From Escherichia virus TH58, in the sequence record MT446423.1: a stretch of 64,000 bases of DNA. The stretch is one strand, 5' to 3'. The position numbers were made by a program, and so were the translations under genes. The notes beneath the pieces were generated by a model. That model ran no database searches, was not told the DNA's origin, and saw nothing but the letters and a program-made list of their open reading frames with translations. Shown here one piece after another: positions 9,779 through 24,155 of this stretch (position 1 is its first letter; every line of letters begins with the position of its first letter).

Positions 9779-11761
9779 TTAGCCACTTACAGCACCAATT
9801 AGTTCGTCGAAATCGGCACCAGTTGCTGTTGCTACAAAGTTCAACGTAATATAATTTATCGAGCGGGCAGGTTGTAAGTAGAAAGTAGCTACAAATTCAT
9901 TACGGTCGATAACTGCTGGGGTGTTATTGGTAGTATCACAAACAACTTTAAAGTTATATACACCGCCAAGAGCTTTAATACCCTGTAGATATTGAGAAGT
10001 CTCTGTACGGAAAGAAGAACGGGTAAATGCGTTGTTCAATTCAAACAGGCGATATTTAGATGCTGAACCAATGTTCGTTTTAACCATATTGAACAAACGA
10101 CGAACGTTAATACGGTCAAATGGTGAAGGAACAGAAGTGGCAGTTTTATCACCGTACAGAACATACCCATCACCACCGGTACCAGTAACAGGGTTAATAG
10201 CTTCCTGATACAAACGATCACGCTGTGGTTGGCGAGTTTCAATTGCAAGCTTAATAACGTTAAGAATTTGTCCACGGTTATAACCGGCAGGAGACATCCA
10301 AGGCTTAGAAATATTGTCTGTGCGAGCACAAAGACCAGCAATATCAGCAGCTAATGGAACCCAACGATTCACGTCATTATATTTGTCATATTGATATTTA
10401 TAGTTACCGTCAATAGCAGCGTAAGTAGAACTTACATTAAAGTTATTATCAGTGTAAGCTCCTGACGCAGTACGCCAATCAACCAGATTATCAACTGCAC
10501 GATTAACAGGAATACCGACTATAGTTGCACGTGGCGGTGAGCAAAGAACCAAACAATCTTGGCGAGAATCACCAATTGCTACAACATGTTTCTGAACTGT
10601 AGAAGCAACTTCTAAAGATTCACCTGCACAAGATCCGGCAATAAACAACTGCGCATTAACAGATTCACGGTCAGCAAACAAATCCCAAGCTTCCATTAAA
10701 TCACCAGCGTCAACCGTTTCATTAGATGATAAGCCACCGTTCAGTTTGATTACACCAGAGAAACCTTTTGGCCAACCTTGTGCCGTAGCGAAAATATAAT
10801 TGCTTGCGCCTTTAGCAAAGAAATCATCAATAAAGATATTACTACCGTAAATATCGCGTTCACCACGTTTAGTAGAAAGAATTACGCTCTGAACTACAGC
10901 ATCGTTACGACGAACGATAATTGCATATTGGTCATCAGTTTGTGGGCCATATCCAAACACTGCTTTAGCAGTAGATGCACGAGTACCACCATCAGGATAA
11001 ATTTTTAACTGGGCTGAAGCACCTTTGTCATAGTCTGCTTTAGATACGATTTCAATTTCGAGCTGGTCGCCAAGTTCACCAGGATAAAGAGCAACTACGC
11101 CTGGGACACCATATTTTTTAATAGATTCTTGGAAAGTTAGAGAAGTAATAGCTTCTTGAGAAGTTTCAACTTCAGTTAACAGAATACCCGAATCAGTTAC
11201 GATAGAACCAATTGTAATAACGCCAGAAAGTCCAGAAGAAGAACTGGCAACTTCGGCTGTCCAATTAGAACCCAATGCCGGATATTCATTAATTTCTTTT
11301 GCACGAGCAATAATTTTACCGGTTGGGATATAAATGTTAAGAATTTTACCATCGACATCAACTGAAGTGACATAACCATCTGCTTCAACAGTTTCGGTCA
11401 AATACTTAACGATAATTTTATCACCAACTGCATAGTTACTACCAGCAGCAGAGATTGTGAATTCAATATTGCCTGCTACAGGAGATGAGTTCTTAGCAGT
11501 ATCACGATCAACTGCGCGTACAACACGAAGGTCATTACCATATTGAAGGAAGTTCATAGCAGACATGAAATAATCTGCTGTATCCGTATTAGGAGTACCA
11601 AACATATCAACTAATGCAACTTCATCAGTGATTTGTTTAATCTGGAATGCAGGTCCCCATTGGAATTTTCCAGCCAGGGCAGCAGTACCAGTGGAGTTAT
11701 TAACTACAGTACTCTGTACGGTAGTTTCTTTGAGCTCAACGCCCGGAGAGAGAAGTGCCAT
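9779..11761 (-). CDS. 18: tail sheath protein gp18
   Basis: 660 aa; size and synteny with T4 gp18 (659 aa). Confidence 0.9.
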   Translation of the reverse strand: MALLSPGVELKETTVQSTVVNNSTGTAALAGKFQWGPAFQIKQITDEVALVDMFGTPNTDTADYFMSAMNFLQYGNDLRVVRAVDRDTAKNSSPVAGNIEFTISAAGSNYAVGDKIIVKYLTETVEADGYVTSVDVDGKILNIYIPTGKIIARAKEINEYPALGSNWTAEVASSSSGLSGVITIGSIVTDSGILLTEVETSQEAITSLTFQESIKKYGVPGVVALYPGELGDQLEIEIVSKADYDKGASAQLKIYPDGGTRASTAKAVFGYGPQTDDQYAIIVRRNDAVVQSVILSTKRGERDIYGSNIFIDDFFAKGASNYIFATAQGWPKGFSGVIKLNGGLSSNETVDAGDLMEAWDLFADRESVNAQLFIAGSCAGESLEVASTVQKHVVAIGDSRQDCLVLCSPPRATIVGIPVNRAVDNLVDWRTASGAYTDNNFNVSSTYAAIDGNYKYQYDKYNDVNRWVPLAADIAGLCARTDNISKPWMSPAGYNRGQILNVIKLAIETRQPQRDRLYQEAINPVTGTGGDGYVLYGDKTATSVPSPFDRINVRRLFNMVKTNIGSASKYRLFELNNAFTRSSFRTETSQYLQGIKALGGVYNFKVVCDTTNNTPAVIDRNEFVATFYLQPARSINYITLNFVATATGADFDELIGAVSG

Positions 11762-11788
11762 TTTAATTCCTCTTAATTTGCTTTATTT

Positions 11789-14114
<2,326 letters not shown>

Positions 14115-14936
14115 TTATTGTTTTCTAGGACCAGGAGGGGTTGGTGGAGTCGGGATTGGAATATCATGAGTATAAGTTTGTTCAACTTCACCATTCCAAT
14201 CTTGTGCTTCAACGTCTCTCGGTTTAATTTCTGTATCAACTGATTCAAAAACACTGGCGGCTGATTGAAGGTCTCGTTCATTAGCATGAAAATCAAGATA
14301 AGTCGTTTTAATAAGGCCTTCTGCTGCGCCTACCGGAGGATACATCCATCCATTTACTTCAAATGTTAATGACCACTCTAAACGTCGACGGGATAAATTA
14401 TCACCGTCTATTTGTTCATCCATTGCTGCTGACATCCATACGACTTTAATATCCCTTTCAAACGGAATATCCTGTCCATATTGCTCAATCATAGTCGTAT
14501 TAAAATGCGGCTGAAAATATGGAATAATTTGCTCAACGATTTGGAACATATCATCTTCATAACGAGTAAAGATGCTCAGTTCAAAAATCATTTTAATTGG
14601 TGATGGGTTGTATTGGTCTACAATATCCTTAGTCGATTTACTCAAAAGAGAGTTATTCAATATATTCGTTTTAAACGTTGGGTTATAAACGAAATCTACC
14701 ATTTGGAGATTTATACGTGGTAGAATAGTTTCGACTTTAGCCACATCTTCTTGTGAGTTTATAGAGGTCCATTTATTAAGTTTCATCATAAAGCGCTCTT
14801 TAGATGCGTACGTAATAGGAACTCTAATTAATTTATTGCCTGTAGACAATTGACGGTTAACTTGGATATTTGAAAACAAATCGCCCATCATTGTGATATA
14901 TCGCCTGAATGACGAGTTGTAAAAATAACCAAACAT
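14115..14936 (-). CDS. 15: tail sheath stabiliser/completion protein gp15
   Basis: Start MFGYFYNSSFRRY; about 273 aa as T4 gp15. Confidence 0.8.
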   Translation of the reverse strand: MFGYFYNSSFRRYITMMGDLFSNIQVNRQLSTGNKLIRVPITYASKERFMMKLNKWTSINSQEDVAKVETILPRINLQMVDFVYNPTFKTNILNNSLLSKSTKDIVDQYNPSPIKMIFELSIFTRYEDDMFQIVEQIIPYFQPHFNTTMIEQYGQDIPFERDIKVVWMSAAMDEQIDGDNLSRRRLEWSLTFEVNGWMYPPVGAAEGLIKTTYLDFHANERDLQSAASVFESVDTEIKPRDVEAQDWNGEVEQTYTHDIPIPTPPTPPGPRKQ

Positions 14937-14988
14937 CATTTCTCCTAACCGGCCTTTCGACCGGTGTTTGCTTTATCTTATCTATTTA

Positions 14989-15753
14989 TTAATTCATAAA
15001 CCCATCGTCAAATGGTGAATTTTGTCTACCACGGTTGTTAACTACTACATACGGCTCAACGTATTCACTTGCCTCTGAATTGATTTGCTCAACTTCAGAA
15101 TATTCATCGATATTAATGTCATGGATACCGTCAAGATTTCTAACAGGGTTAAGTTCCAAGTCACTAAATTCAGGTATATTGATACCTTCATTTTTCTGAA
15201 GCACCGGATTGATTTCTTCGCCAGAGTAAATAAACTTGCCTGCAGTAATTTTACGAATCGCATTTTTACCTACTTGATAGAATGGGTCATATGGTTCAAC
15301 CCAGTTAATCTCAAACAAACTGTTGTCCATTGGGAAGTATATTAAATCACCTTCCTTAGGCTCCTGATTGTTGACCTGGTGTTTGAAAAGACCTGGGTTA
15401 ATAGATAATGTAACTTCGTCTTGAACTTGCATTCCGAAGTTGCTGAAGAACGATTTCGCTCCTTCATAACCTTCAAAAGAGTTCAGATATGCAGCAAATT
15501 TCCATGCTTTAGTAAATTTATTTTTAAGGTCCTCACCAAAGATAAGGTCCACGGCAACATATTCACGTGGAACATAAAAACATTCAATACCGCGCATCTG
15601 TATGCTTTCTGCCACTAGAACATCGGCTAATGTCTGACTATTTTCGTATTTGTTGAAGTTCACGTATTTGTTTAAAATCTCGGTTTCATTAGTTTTAGAA
15701 TAGCCACCACGATTTTCTAGTTTGGCGAAAAGATTTTTATCATAAGTTGCCAT
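14989..15753 (-). CDS. 14: neck protein gp14
   Basis: 254 aa; synteny with T4 gp14 (256 aa). Confidence 0.8.
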   Translation of the reverse strand: MATYDKNLFAKLENRGGYSKTNETEILNKYVNFNKYENSQTLADVLVAESIQMRGIECFYVPREYVAVDLIFGEDLKNKFTKAWKFAAYLNSFEGYEGAKSFFSNFGMQVQDEVTLSINPGLFKHQVNNQEPKEGDLIYFPMDNSLFEINWVEPYDPFYQVGKNAIRKITAGKFIYSGEEINPVLQKNEGINIPEFSDLELNPVRNLDGIHDINIDEYSEVEQINSEASEYVEPYVVVNNRGRQNSPFDDGFMN

Positions 15754-15754
15754 A

Positions 15755-16681
15755 TTAACCTACCAAAATACCTGCAGGAGGGTCCAGTAAATATAACTCT
15801 TCTCGTAAAGCTTCTTTCTCTAAACGAGCTTCTTCAATTAATCGAACACCATCAACAGTGACGCCGCCCGGTAACATCATACCTTGATGTTTAGCAAGAA
15901 TTTGTCCATTAAGCTCTTTAGCTAATGCAGTTGCATAATCTTTAACCCAGCGGTTGTTATATGCGCCTTGTTTGGTTGCAGGATCTTCACCAACTCGACG
16001 TCTGGCTAAATTATGGTCTGGATTATCATAACGTTCAGAAAGAGACCATGAATCACGAGGACCGACCCGACCGTACCCTACTGTATTTCCTACCATCTTA
16101 TGGGTCTCGATATAAGAGCGAACATACGATTCAACGATAATGACATCTTTCTGTCTAAAGTTACCCATTACTTTTAATTGCTCGTTTGCAGAGTTAAACC
16201 AAAAGTCTGGAAGAGGAGCAATCATATCTTGAAGCATACCCATATAAGATACTAATTGAGAATAATACCCGAGGTCAGCGCCAAAAGCGTTCGGGCCGTA
16301 GAATTTACCACAATTACTGCCCATACCACCTGAAACACCTGCCATTCCTAAAAGGAAATCAGTGAACCATGGATAAGTTGCGTTACCATCCATTGAAGTA
16401 ATAGAGCCAACGTTTGTTCTTATAATTCTTGTTACAGCAAATACGTTAGAACCACGCATATCAAATACGCCGTGACGGTATTTTTCTTCATCATCAACAA
16501 AAAATACATGGAAACCTTTATTCAACCCGTCAAAATGGTATTCGCCATAAAGTTCTAACGCTCGTGAAATACAATCATAAATTTGATCTGTAGTTAATTC
16601 AACATTTACAATAGGAGCGCCTAAACGACGTAATATTACGTCCTTTAATTCTTTAGGGTTTTGTGCATTATAACCTGACAT
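15755..16681 (-). CDS. 13: neck protein gp13
   Basis: 308 aa; synteny with T4 gp13 (309 aa). Confidence 0.8.
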   Translation of the reverse strand: MSGYNAQNPKELKDVILRRLGAPIVNVELTTDQIYDCISRALELYGEYHFDGLNKGFHVFFVDDEEKYRHGVFDMRGSNVFAVTRIIRTNVGSITSMDGNATYPWFTDFLLGMAGVSGGMGSNCGKFYGPNAFGADLGYYSQLVSYMGMLQDMIAPLPDFWFNSANEQLKVMGNFRQKDVIIVESYVRSYIETHKMVGNTVGYGRVGPRDSWSLSERYDNPDHNLARRRVGEDPATKQGAYNNRWVKDYATALAKELNGQILAKHQGMMLPGGVTVDGVRLIEEARLEKEALREELYLLDPPAGILVG

Positions 16682-16713
16682 ATAAATCCTTTAGGGCCCG
16701 AAGGCCCTTTTCA

Positions 16714-18162
16714 TTAAGCTGTAGGAAGTTCAACCCATGCACCGTCTTTGCGAACATAGAATTTACCGTCTGAAGGAGCATCTTCAATATATCCAGCGTC
16801 CTTAAGAGTTTGGATTTCAGCTTCTGCAGCGGCCAAATCAGTTTCAAGAGTAGCAATTCTAGAAGTTAAACCATTAATTGTCGTATCATGACTTTTAACT
16901 GTAGGCAATATACCACGTTCTTCAACAGTCGAACCATTTGGGTTGGTGCCGTTTATAAGAGTATTTAATGTGTTTACAGAACCCTTAATTCCTGTGGAAT
17001 TAGTCCCAACATCAGTTTGAATGTTCTGAATGTCATTACTCATCCAACTGATAGTTCCTTCAAGCTCTCGAGTACGATAAAGCAAAGAGCCGTCTGGTTC
17101 TGGTTTCCCGCCTGAAGCGTCAACACCAACTACATTATTTAACCATGACACATTAAAACGCAATCCTGACGAAGAATCAGAGCCAACAACGGTGTTCAAT
17201 GCTCCAATAGCATCAGTATTGAGTTTAATACGTCCTTGGATTGTAGTAGGCAAATCATCAGCACCAATGGCGGTTTCTACTTTGGTCAAACGAGGTTTAA
17301 TACCACCTAATTGATTGAGCTCAAGATTAATGTCGTTTATTACTGAACTATTCGCATTAGTTGTAGTGATAATAGAAGTCATATTAGGATACCCAATAGA
17401 CCGTTTAATGCCGTCCAAGTCAGCATTTTGACGCGACAAAGTTAAATCAATATCAGAAAGACGACTAAACACTGGAGTAGTGAAAGAAGTACGAGGTCCC
17501 ATTTCTTCGCGCAAGTGTTCAACTTCAGTAGTTAAAGATCCGACATCAGAATCAGCAAATTTAGTTTCTAAATCGGTTAATCGGACGCCGTGGTCAACAA
17601 TTATAGAGCTATTAGTCATAATACGGCGTTTCATACCAGTGCTATCATTTCCTGGAGTAGGAACCCCATTAATATCTTGACCAGTATATTGTCCTAATTC
17701 GTTTTTAATCCAAAGCAGGTCGTTACGAACCGTTCTATAAACTGAATCTGTTTCCTGATTATAAACACCAATATCATCAGTATTAGCATCAATATGTTCA
17801 TTCAAATCATTCAATTCACCAGCATGGGTTTGAATTGTGACTTTAATGACATCAATATCTTGGGTGTTCTGGCCTATCTGTGCAAGAGCATCAACGTCCC
17901 CAGAAACATCTAAAATACCTTGAATAACTTTGATATCTTCATTGGCTGTATTCAAAGAAGATGCTATAGTTTTAATATTAACATCTAACGCTTCTACGTT
18001 ACGTTGAACTTCAACAATAGGACGGTTCATTACACCTTCAGAACCGTATTTTGTGTCAGCACCTGTTATTTCTTCATCGTTTTTAATCCATTCAATACGA
18101 CTCTGACCCGCGTCTGGCGGGCCGTCAACATATGGTAAATCTACCAGAGTTATATCAGTCAT
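16714..18162 (-). CDS. wac: fibritin (whisker antigen control)
   Basis: 482 aa with heptad coiled-coil segments and C-terminal foldon-like end GYIEDAPSDGKFYVRKDGAWVELPTA. Confidence 0.85.
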   Translation of the reverse strand: MTDITLVDLPYVDGPPDAGQSRIEWIKNDEEITGADTKYGSEGVMNRPIVEVQRNVEALDVNIKTIASSLNTANEDIKVIQGILDVSGDVDALAQIGQNTQDIDVIKVTIQTHAGELNDLNEHIDANTDDIGVYNQETDSVYRTVRNDLLWIKNELGQYTGQDINGVPTPGNDSTGMKRRIMTNSSIIVDHGVRLTDLETKFADSDVGSLTTEVEHLREEMGPRTSFTTPVFSRLSDIDLTLSRQNADLDGIKRSIGYPNMTSIITTTNANSSVINDINLELNQLGGIKPRLTKVETAIGADDLPTTIQGRIKLNTDAIGALNTVVGSDSSSGLRFNVSWLNNVVGVDASGGKPEPDGSLLYRTRELEGTISWMSNDIQNIQTDVGTNSTGIKGSVNTLNTLINGTNPNGSTVEERGILPTVKSHDTTINGLTSRIATLETDLAAAEAEIQTLKDAGYIEDAPSDGKFYVRKDGAWVELPTA

Positions 18163-19745
18163 TCTTTTACCTTAATTATGTAGTTTAAAGAAATGTTCCA
18201 TGGGCGAGTTTCATTTCCAATTAGTTCTGGACGATTCATAGTATATCTAGAGTTACGCTGAGGTGCCGGATCAATTTCGTATCCATCATTAGTAAAATAC
18301 GAACGGTTATCCCAGTCAAGTCCTTTGCGTGTACCGACAAAAGTTGATCTACGGGTATTACCAAATGCTCCAGCATCATCCTGTTCGCCAAATCCACCAG
18401 CATGTTTATGATAAGACATCTGCTGTTTTTGTACTTCACCAACATATCCACCAGTACAACCAACTCCTAAACGAGGTTTACCAAATTGGTCATCACCATT
18501 AACGTTAGGGTTAGTTAAATGCGAACCACGTCCTGAGCCGCGAACAAACAATCCACGCATATCAGGTAAACCTGGATTAGTTGAATCACCACCATATCTA
18601 GTTCCAATTCTAGCCGCATATAAAGGGCATTCATATGCTGAAACAGCTCCACCGTGACAGAAACGCCATGCATCACTAGGAAGACTATCAGCCGCCCACA
18701 TCATAATAGCTCCAACTGGAACGGTTCTATCTAATTCATTCTGTGTAACAATACGATTACCTTGAATATAACCGCCGGTCATATTGACATTACCAGTTAT
18801 ATTAGCTCCACCAGAACCAACCGTCAACGTATTATTAATACGAAGCGTGCCATTAATAGTTTGTCCACCTCGTTGGTGGATAACATCAGCATTCCAAGCA
18901 AGGGCAGAAGAACCATCACCACCTGATTGGCTACCCGCTTGTGTAGTTAAACGAACAACTCCGCGTAAAGAAGTTGTAGCCCCACGCCCGTTTAATGTTG
19001 CGCCGGTCACTACAACTGAAGAGTTGTTACTATTTACTTCAGTCTGTGTCCCTAGTTTAACGACACCTTTATTAGTTTCTGATGCTACTGAATTCATAAA
19101 GGTATAAGGTGAAATTGCATAGCCTTCACGCAGGGTGCCTTGTTGTGCTTGAGCAACTGTAGCCAAACGAACAACACCTGTAATAGATTCGGAGGCGTCA
19201 CTATTATTTGGAGCAATTTGCGAAATAAGTTTAATTGCTAATTGTTGCGTTTTTAACGGAGTCATTGCCGTTGTATCATCAGAACCAGCTAATGCCGCAG
19301 CAGAAGTTGAAATTTTAATTACACCATTTGTTGCTTCTGTTGACACTTTTGTCTGAAATACATTGTCTATTTTTTGATTCAATTTAAGCGGAGTAATTGA
19401 TGCATCGTCAATAGCTCCGATTACTGCTTCATCTTCAGTAGCATAACGAGTTAAGCCGTATTGTGTTTCGGATGCATTAGGATATTGTAGACGAGCATTC
19501 AGCGTTGCCGGAGTAACAGCTTTACTATTATCTAATCCATCAATAACTTCTTGTGGAGTAGCTATTTGAATAATTCCTGGTGTAGTAGTTGTTGCTTCCG
19601 GTACGCCATTAACACCTGAAGGAGAAATAGCAGCTAATGCGGCTTGGACATTAGTGACTGTATCTGGAAAATTCGACCCCGTAGGGTCGAATTCAACGTA
19701 AATGGATTCGTTTGAAACGTGTTGGTATGTATTGTTATTACTCAT
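18159..19745 (-). CDS. 12: short tail fibre protein gp12
   Basis: 528 aa; N-terminus [21 protein letters not shown] and C-terminus [12 protein letters not shown] as T4 gp12. Confidence 0.9.
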   Translation of the reverse strand: MSNNNTYQHVSNESIYVEFDPTGSNFPDTVTNVQAALAAISPSGVNGVPEATTTTPGIIQIATPQEVIDGLDNSKAVTPATLNARLQYPNASETQYGLTRYATEDEAVIGAIDDASITPLKLNQKIDNVFQTKVSTEATNGVIKISTSAAALAGSDDTTAMTPLKTQQLAIKLISQIAPNNSDASESITGVVRLATVAQAQQGTLREGYAISPYTFMNSVASETNKGVVKLGTQTEVNSNNSSVVVTGATLNGRGATTSLRGVVRLTTQAGSQSGGDGSSALAWNADVIHQRGGQTINGTLRINNTLTVGSGGANITGNVNMTGGYIQGNRIVTQNELDRTVPVGAIMMWAADSLPSDAWRFCHGGAVSAYECPLYAARIGTRYGGDSTNPGLPDMRGLFVRGSGRGSHLTNPNVNGDDQFGKPRLGVGCTGGYVGEVQKQQMSYHKHAGGFGEQDDAGAFGNTRRSTFVGTRKGLDWDNRSYFTNDGYEIDPAPQRNSRYTMNRPELIGNETRPWNISLNYIIKVKE

Positions 19746-20401
19746 GAGGCTCTCACAAAGTGGTAGAAAACGGTGGGAGTGCTATGGTTATCAAGAGTAA
19801 CCGTTTGGGCACCCAATAAATTCCATGTTCCGTATCCGGATTTTGCTTCAGACAAAATTTCTTGCGAAATTGTTACACCAAACGAAGCGTATGTTGGCAA
19901 CACATGACGTTGGTTATCTAAATATGTCACCTGAAGTTTATTACCTTCGGTCGGATGGTCTTTATAAGAAGAAATAGCGATTTGATTAGCAATGGCTTCT
20001 TGTAAAGCTATACGAACTTGTGCCGTTAATTCGTTATCAGTCATACCGATTGTTGCTTTAACAGCGAGTCCAAATACGTTAATAACGACCGGCGTTCCAG
20101 GGGCCAAAGTATCGTCGAGAACATCGCCAGAAAAAGTCCAATAATCAACTTGTGCTGTACCTTCAGGCGATACGCCTGAAGTGTTTGTGACAACAGTACC
20201 AATATCAGCTCGTGCCATATTATGGACATCATTTATTGCAGATTCTACGTTGGCATCATAAAAACCGCGAGCTAACTGAGAAATAGTCACGGAACCTACA
20301 GCTTGGTTGTTTAAAACATCAATTTGAGCTGGATTTTTTCTGTAATTCAAAAAATCAGCATGACGGGAAATAACTCCCGCCTTTGTATTAAGTACAGTCA
20401 T
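19742..20401 (-). CDS. 11: baseplate wedge protein gp11
   Basis: Start [18 protein letters not shown]; 219 aa as T4 gp11; ATG overlaps gp10 stop. Confidence 0.85.
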   Translation of the reverse strand: MTVLNTKAGVISRHADFLNYRKNPAQIDVLNNQAVGSVTISQLARGFYDANVESAINDVHNMARADIGTVVTNTSGVSPEGTAQVDYWTFSGDVLDDTLAPGTPVVINVFGLAVKATIGMTDNELTAQVRIALQEAIANQIAISSYKDHPTEGNKLQVTYLDNQRHVLPTYASFGVTISQEILSEAKSGYGTWNLLGAQTVTLDNHSTPTVFYHFVRAS

Positions 20402-22206
20402 TATGCAATCCTTACCCAACGGTATACAGTTATAGATGGCTGAATATTAGTTATAGAACGCGCTGGAACATGAGATCCATTAGTCTTTGCATGGTCTTCA
20501 CGGTATTTAGTGTAAATAGGACCTTCTTCATCCGGGTCATATTGGCAACCGCCTATAATTACTGTACCATTATCATCAGAAATAAGAACCTTTTCATCGG
20601 TTTGTGTAGCTGGTAAATCAGCATTTTCTAATGTGATGGTTGTTACACCAACAGTCCCACCTGCGGTATGAGTAGGGTTACCATTGACGTCAAGGTCATT
20701 ATTATTTAATGCAAAATTAGGATCTGACGCGTCATCATTCCAACCTGCTAATACTTTGCCTTGTCCCCAAATTTTCCACGAACCAAAACCTAAATAAGTT
20801 GCCGGATTATTAGGGTTAACCGCATTTTCGTAAATAGTCCCGACAGGATAAATTGTATCAAATATTGCTGAGATAGTCGAGAATTCACGTTCATATTTAG
20901 GAACAGGTTCTACATTAGGCCATCCAATTTTATCGAAATCGGTTAATGCAACGTCACCAGTAATTTCAATGTTAGACCCTTGAGAAACATATTTCTCATC
21001 AGCGACATCAAGGATTTCGTCCATTTCAAGAAGAGTTCCTAAATCGTTATTAAACCATGTGATGGTAATAATGTCTTGGTCTTCAAATTGACGGTCAAAC
21101 AAAATTGCGCTAGGGATATTATCAGTATATTCAATCGCATAATCTGTATACGATTGAGTCCATGTCCCGCCGAGGTTTGCGCATGACTCTTCAGAATCAG
21201 CATCCACACCTTCACAACGGAAAATAGGAGTTCCAACAGTACCAGCTAATTCTTGGAGAATACCGTTGAAGCGAACTTCTAATGAATTCGGGTTAGGTGG
21301 TTCTGTAGGATTAATACCAAATGCTGTAAATGGAATAGAGCGGAACGTACTCAAATCGGTGACGTAAATACTTCCATCAATAGACTTTTTAGTAGTCAAT
21401 TTATTATCTAAAATGCGAACTTGGCGACGAGTATATGAACTACGCCACTGAGAAACACCATCTAGGAATGTCTCAATTTGTACGGTGTCCCCGATATTAC
21501 ATGGTTGGCGTAATCTAATATTAAATCCATCAAGTGCAACCAGTTCACCAGGATTAGCGCCTGGAGAACCAAAATCACTATTATCACTGAATACATCACC
21601 ATAATACAATTCGTTGCCACGATGTTTTACGCGAATGTTATTAACGTTATAAGAGGTCCCGTTAAAAACATCCATGAAATCGGTCTGACCTTGGGTTTCA
21701 ACCAGATATTCTCTACGAGCAACGTTACTAATGTCAGAGCTAACTATTTTATCAATTTGTTTATTCTTGATGTATTCCCAACGTCCAGGAGCACAATAAA
21801 CTAATTCCAAGTCGGAGAACTGAACGTTAATTTCTACCGGAGATGAAGAACCTTTAATCGTGTCTCCATTTGCCGGAATTAAAGTAACAGGGTTAATGTT
21901 CCAAGTTGCAAATACGTCACGAGCACGAATAACTTTATTATAGTCTGCAATTGTCCCTTTAGGAAGATTTACCGAAACTCGTCCAGAAGTAGTATTAATC
22001 GCATAAGATTTACCCCAAGCAGCCTTAAGATTAAGACCATCGGCCGCATCATAGGTCTTCCATGCACCAGCGGCATAAGGAACTTCACCATCACCTAATT
22101 CATAATAGATTTCGTCAAAGTTCTCATTTATCTTTTCACCACCTCGACGAAGGTAATCGCCTTGTCCGTCATCAACGACGTTACCAATTTTAATATTTTG
22201 TTTCAT
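20401..22206 (-). CDS. 10: baseplate wedge protein gp10
   Basis: 601 aa; synteny with T4 gp10 (602 aa). Confidence 0.85.
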   Translation of the reverse strand: MKQNIKIGNVVDDGQGDYLRRGGEKINENFDEIYYELGDGEVPYAAGAWKTYDAADGLNLKAAWGKSYAINTTSGRVSVNLPKGTIADYNKVIRARDVFATWNINPVTLIPANGDTIKGSSSPVEINVQFSDLELVYCAPGRWEYIKNKQIDKIVSSDISNVARREYLVETQGQTDFMDVFNGTSYNVNNIRVKHRGNELYYGDVFSDNSDFGSPGANPGELVALDGFNIRLRQPCNIGDTVQIETFLDGVSQWRSSYTRRQVRILDNKLTTKKSIDGSIYVTDLSTFRSIPFTAFGINPTEPPNPNSLEVRFNGILQELAGTVGTPIFRCEGVDADSEESCANLGGTWTQSYTDYAIEYTDNIPSAILFDRQFEDQDIITITWFNNDLGTLLEMDEILDVADEKYVSQGSNIEITGDVALTDFDKIGWPNVEPVPKYEREFSTISAIFDTIYPVGTIYENAVNPNNPATYLGFGSWKIWGQGKVLAGWNDDASDPNFALNNNDLDVNGNPTHTAGGTVGVTTITLENADLPATQTDEKVLISDDNGTVIIGGCQYDPDEEGPIYTKYREDHAKTNGSHVPARSITNIQPSITVYRWVRIA

Positions 22207-23078
22207 TATTGAGCGACCCCAATTTTCTGAGTTGAGATAATTTTAACTGCTGAACGTAATCCAATAATATCGGATGTAATCGTCATAGTAGCAAAGTTGT
22301 TAATAATACTAAAGCTAATATTAGCAATCTCGTCGGTTTCATCTACATTACCAACTCGCATTACTGCAAATTCGGTAGAAAGAACTTCTGAGTTAATTGT
22401 ATCTATTAGAATATTTATTTCACATGTTTTTATTTTTCTACCGTCAGCGGATTGGCATGTAACAAGCAATTTAGCCATGTTATAATCCGTGCGATAAAAC
22501 AGAGGAATAGAAACTGTGTTTCCTGTAAGACTCCAAGTCCCATCAACAGGAGATTCTTTTTGTCCAAACATGCTATCAGTAGAATAATTCCATACTGAAG
22601 TTGGCCCATTAATTTCAACACAACGAAGAACAACGTGGGTATAAGGGGTGAAAATAACAAGATTATTAAGAACGCCTTTAATTGAACCATCGGTTACTTG
22701 GATACTTAAAGGATTGTTAACAGAAATAGACCCATTAGAGTTTATGAATTCTACGGAGTCACCTAATTCAGGACGGTCAATAATAACAATCACACCGCCA
22801 TCAGAAGCATCAATATCATGCATGGTGCCGGGTTTAATAGGAGTTTGATAATCGACCGCCTTTCCTTTTTGATAATAGCCTGTGGCATGAATAGTTTGAC
22901 CTGTAGGTCCGGTTCCATCTGCTACGGCCATTTTACGTTGATCGCCAAATGCATTGTAAATAGCGTTGATATCGTCATTTATTTTATTACCACCGTCGAA
23001 TAAGATATCACCTGTTGAGGCATTACCAATTTCGCCGGTATCGATTAATTGTTTAGGAGTTTGCTTAAAAAATGCCAT
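22206..23078 (-). CDS. 9: baseplate wedge / long tail fibre connector gp9
   Basis: 290 aa; synteny with T4 gp9. Confidence 0.8.
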   Translation of the reverse strand: MAFFKQTPKQLIDTGEIGNASTGDILFDGGNKINDDINAIYNAFGDQRKMAVADGTGPTGQTIHATGYYQKGKAVDYQTPIKPGTMHDIDASDGGVIVIIDRPELGDSVEFINSNGSISVNNPLSIQVTDGSIKGVLNNLVIFTPYTHVVLRCVEINGPTSVWNYSTDSMFGQKESPVDGTWSLTGNTVSIPLFYRTDYNMAKLLVTCQSADGRKIKTCEINILIDTINSEVLSTEFAVMRVGNVDETDEIANISFSIINNFATMTITSDIIGLRSAVKIISTQKIGVAQ

Positions 23079-23110
23079 AATTCTGCCTTTTGTTGTCCTA
23101 TATTATATTC

Positions 23111-23118
23111 TATTTATA
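23111..23118 (-). promoter_or_regulatory. late promoter TATAAATA for gene 9
   Basis: Minus-strand TATAAATA 33 nt upstream of gp9 ATG. Confidence 0.6.
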
Positions 23119-23129
23119 GATACAAAAAT

Positions 23130-23147
23130 GGGAGCCCGAAGGCTCCC
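23130..23147 (-). terminator. hairpin GGGAGCC-CGAA-GGCTCCC after gene 8
   Basis: Stem-loop directly downstream of gp8 stop on minus strand, followed by U-run in that orientation. Confidence 0.5.
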
Positions 23148-23150
23148 TAA

Positions 23151-24155
23151 TTAAAACATAAACAAAATGTTAATTTCTTCTGTTTGGTCCATTGCCATAA
23201 TAACAGGTGGTCGGTTTTCCATATAAATCATTTCACCTGAATGACGTTGCAGGTCTCTAGGGTCGTAATAATCCTTTTCTGCTTTAACATTAGGGTCATT
23301 TGGATTTTTCTTAGCTTCTAATGGGTTTGTGATAATTGATATCTGTCTAAAACCCTTGTTACCAGGCAAAGCCGCCTCAGGGAAATAAACAGAATCAAAA
23401 TATGCTTTAAACCGCATCGTATTGGCTTTAACACGGTAAATCAAGCCGTAGTCGTCTTGTTGCCAAGTTAAGTTATTTTCATATCCCCAACGGGTGGGGT
23501 CTTCTTTAATTTCTTCCGGCCATGGAACTACAAGATATTCATTAGTGCAACGGTTAATTGACACATCGGCAGGAATCTCATAAAGATATTCCCAAATATA
23601 TCCATCACCGGTTTCGATAACCCCATTAGCATCGCCTCTGCCTTCAGGAGGAGACATAGAACGAACAGACGGAGTCCATTTACCACCTAATTTAAGACAT
23701 TCATCTTTATTATCTAAAGATTCTATTGAACAGAGCCCTACGTCAGGGACATCTAAACAGCGGTAAATTAACCAACCAGCCCCAACTTCTGTCGCGTTGT
23801 ATGGAGCAGTATTACATGCGACTATATCGTTAATTCTAAACGTGTAAGGGTCTGGATATCGTACATCTCCCCAATCACGTCTAGGAATAACAGAATCTAA
23901 CATTGAAGGTAAAACTTTAACGGTGCCCATCATATGGGTCCACATATCAGTAACACCAAGAACAGAATCTGTAGGATAAGGTGGGGCGAAGCCCACCTCA
24001 TTTTCATTTGACGCCCAAGGCTCTGAACGTCCAAACGTAATATAAATGGAGTTCTTATCATCTCCATCCCCAACTGAATTATAAAAATTCAGCATTTTCT
24101 CTGTTCTAAATTTTGATGTAACTATTGCACGATAGATAACACTTGAATCATTCAT
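23151..24155 (-). CDS. 8: baseplate wedge protein gp8
   Basis: 334 aa, same length as T4 gp8. Confidence 0.8.
   Translation of the reverse strand: MNDSSVIYRAIVTSKFRTEKMLNFYNSVGDGDDKNSIYITFGRSEPWASNENEVGFAPPYPTDSVLGVTDMWTHMMGTVKVLPSMLDSVIPRRDWGDVRYPDPYTFRINDIVACNTAPYNATEVGAGWLIYRCLDVPDVGLCSIESLDNKDECLKLGGKWTPSVRSMSPPEGRGDANGVIETGDGYIWEYLYEIPADVSINRCTNEYLVVPWPEEIKEDPTRWGYENNLTWQQDDYGLIYRVKANTMRFKAYFDSVYFPEAALPGNKGFRQISIITNPLEAKKNPNDPNVKAEKDYYDPRDLQRHSGEMIYMENRPPVIMAMDQTEEINILFMF

Noticed and set aside
14948-14965. Hairpin ACCGG-CCTTTCGA-CCGGT between genes 14 and 15 as a terminator
   Set aside because: No U-run in either orientation, and on the minus strand it is followed directly by the gp15 RBS; more likely an mRNA stability or processing structure.
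16694-16711. Hairpin GGGCC-CGAA-GGCCC between wac and gene 13 as a terminator
   Set aside because: The T-run is on the plus strand, but the flanking genes are on the minus strand; not a terminator for them.
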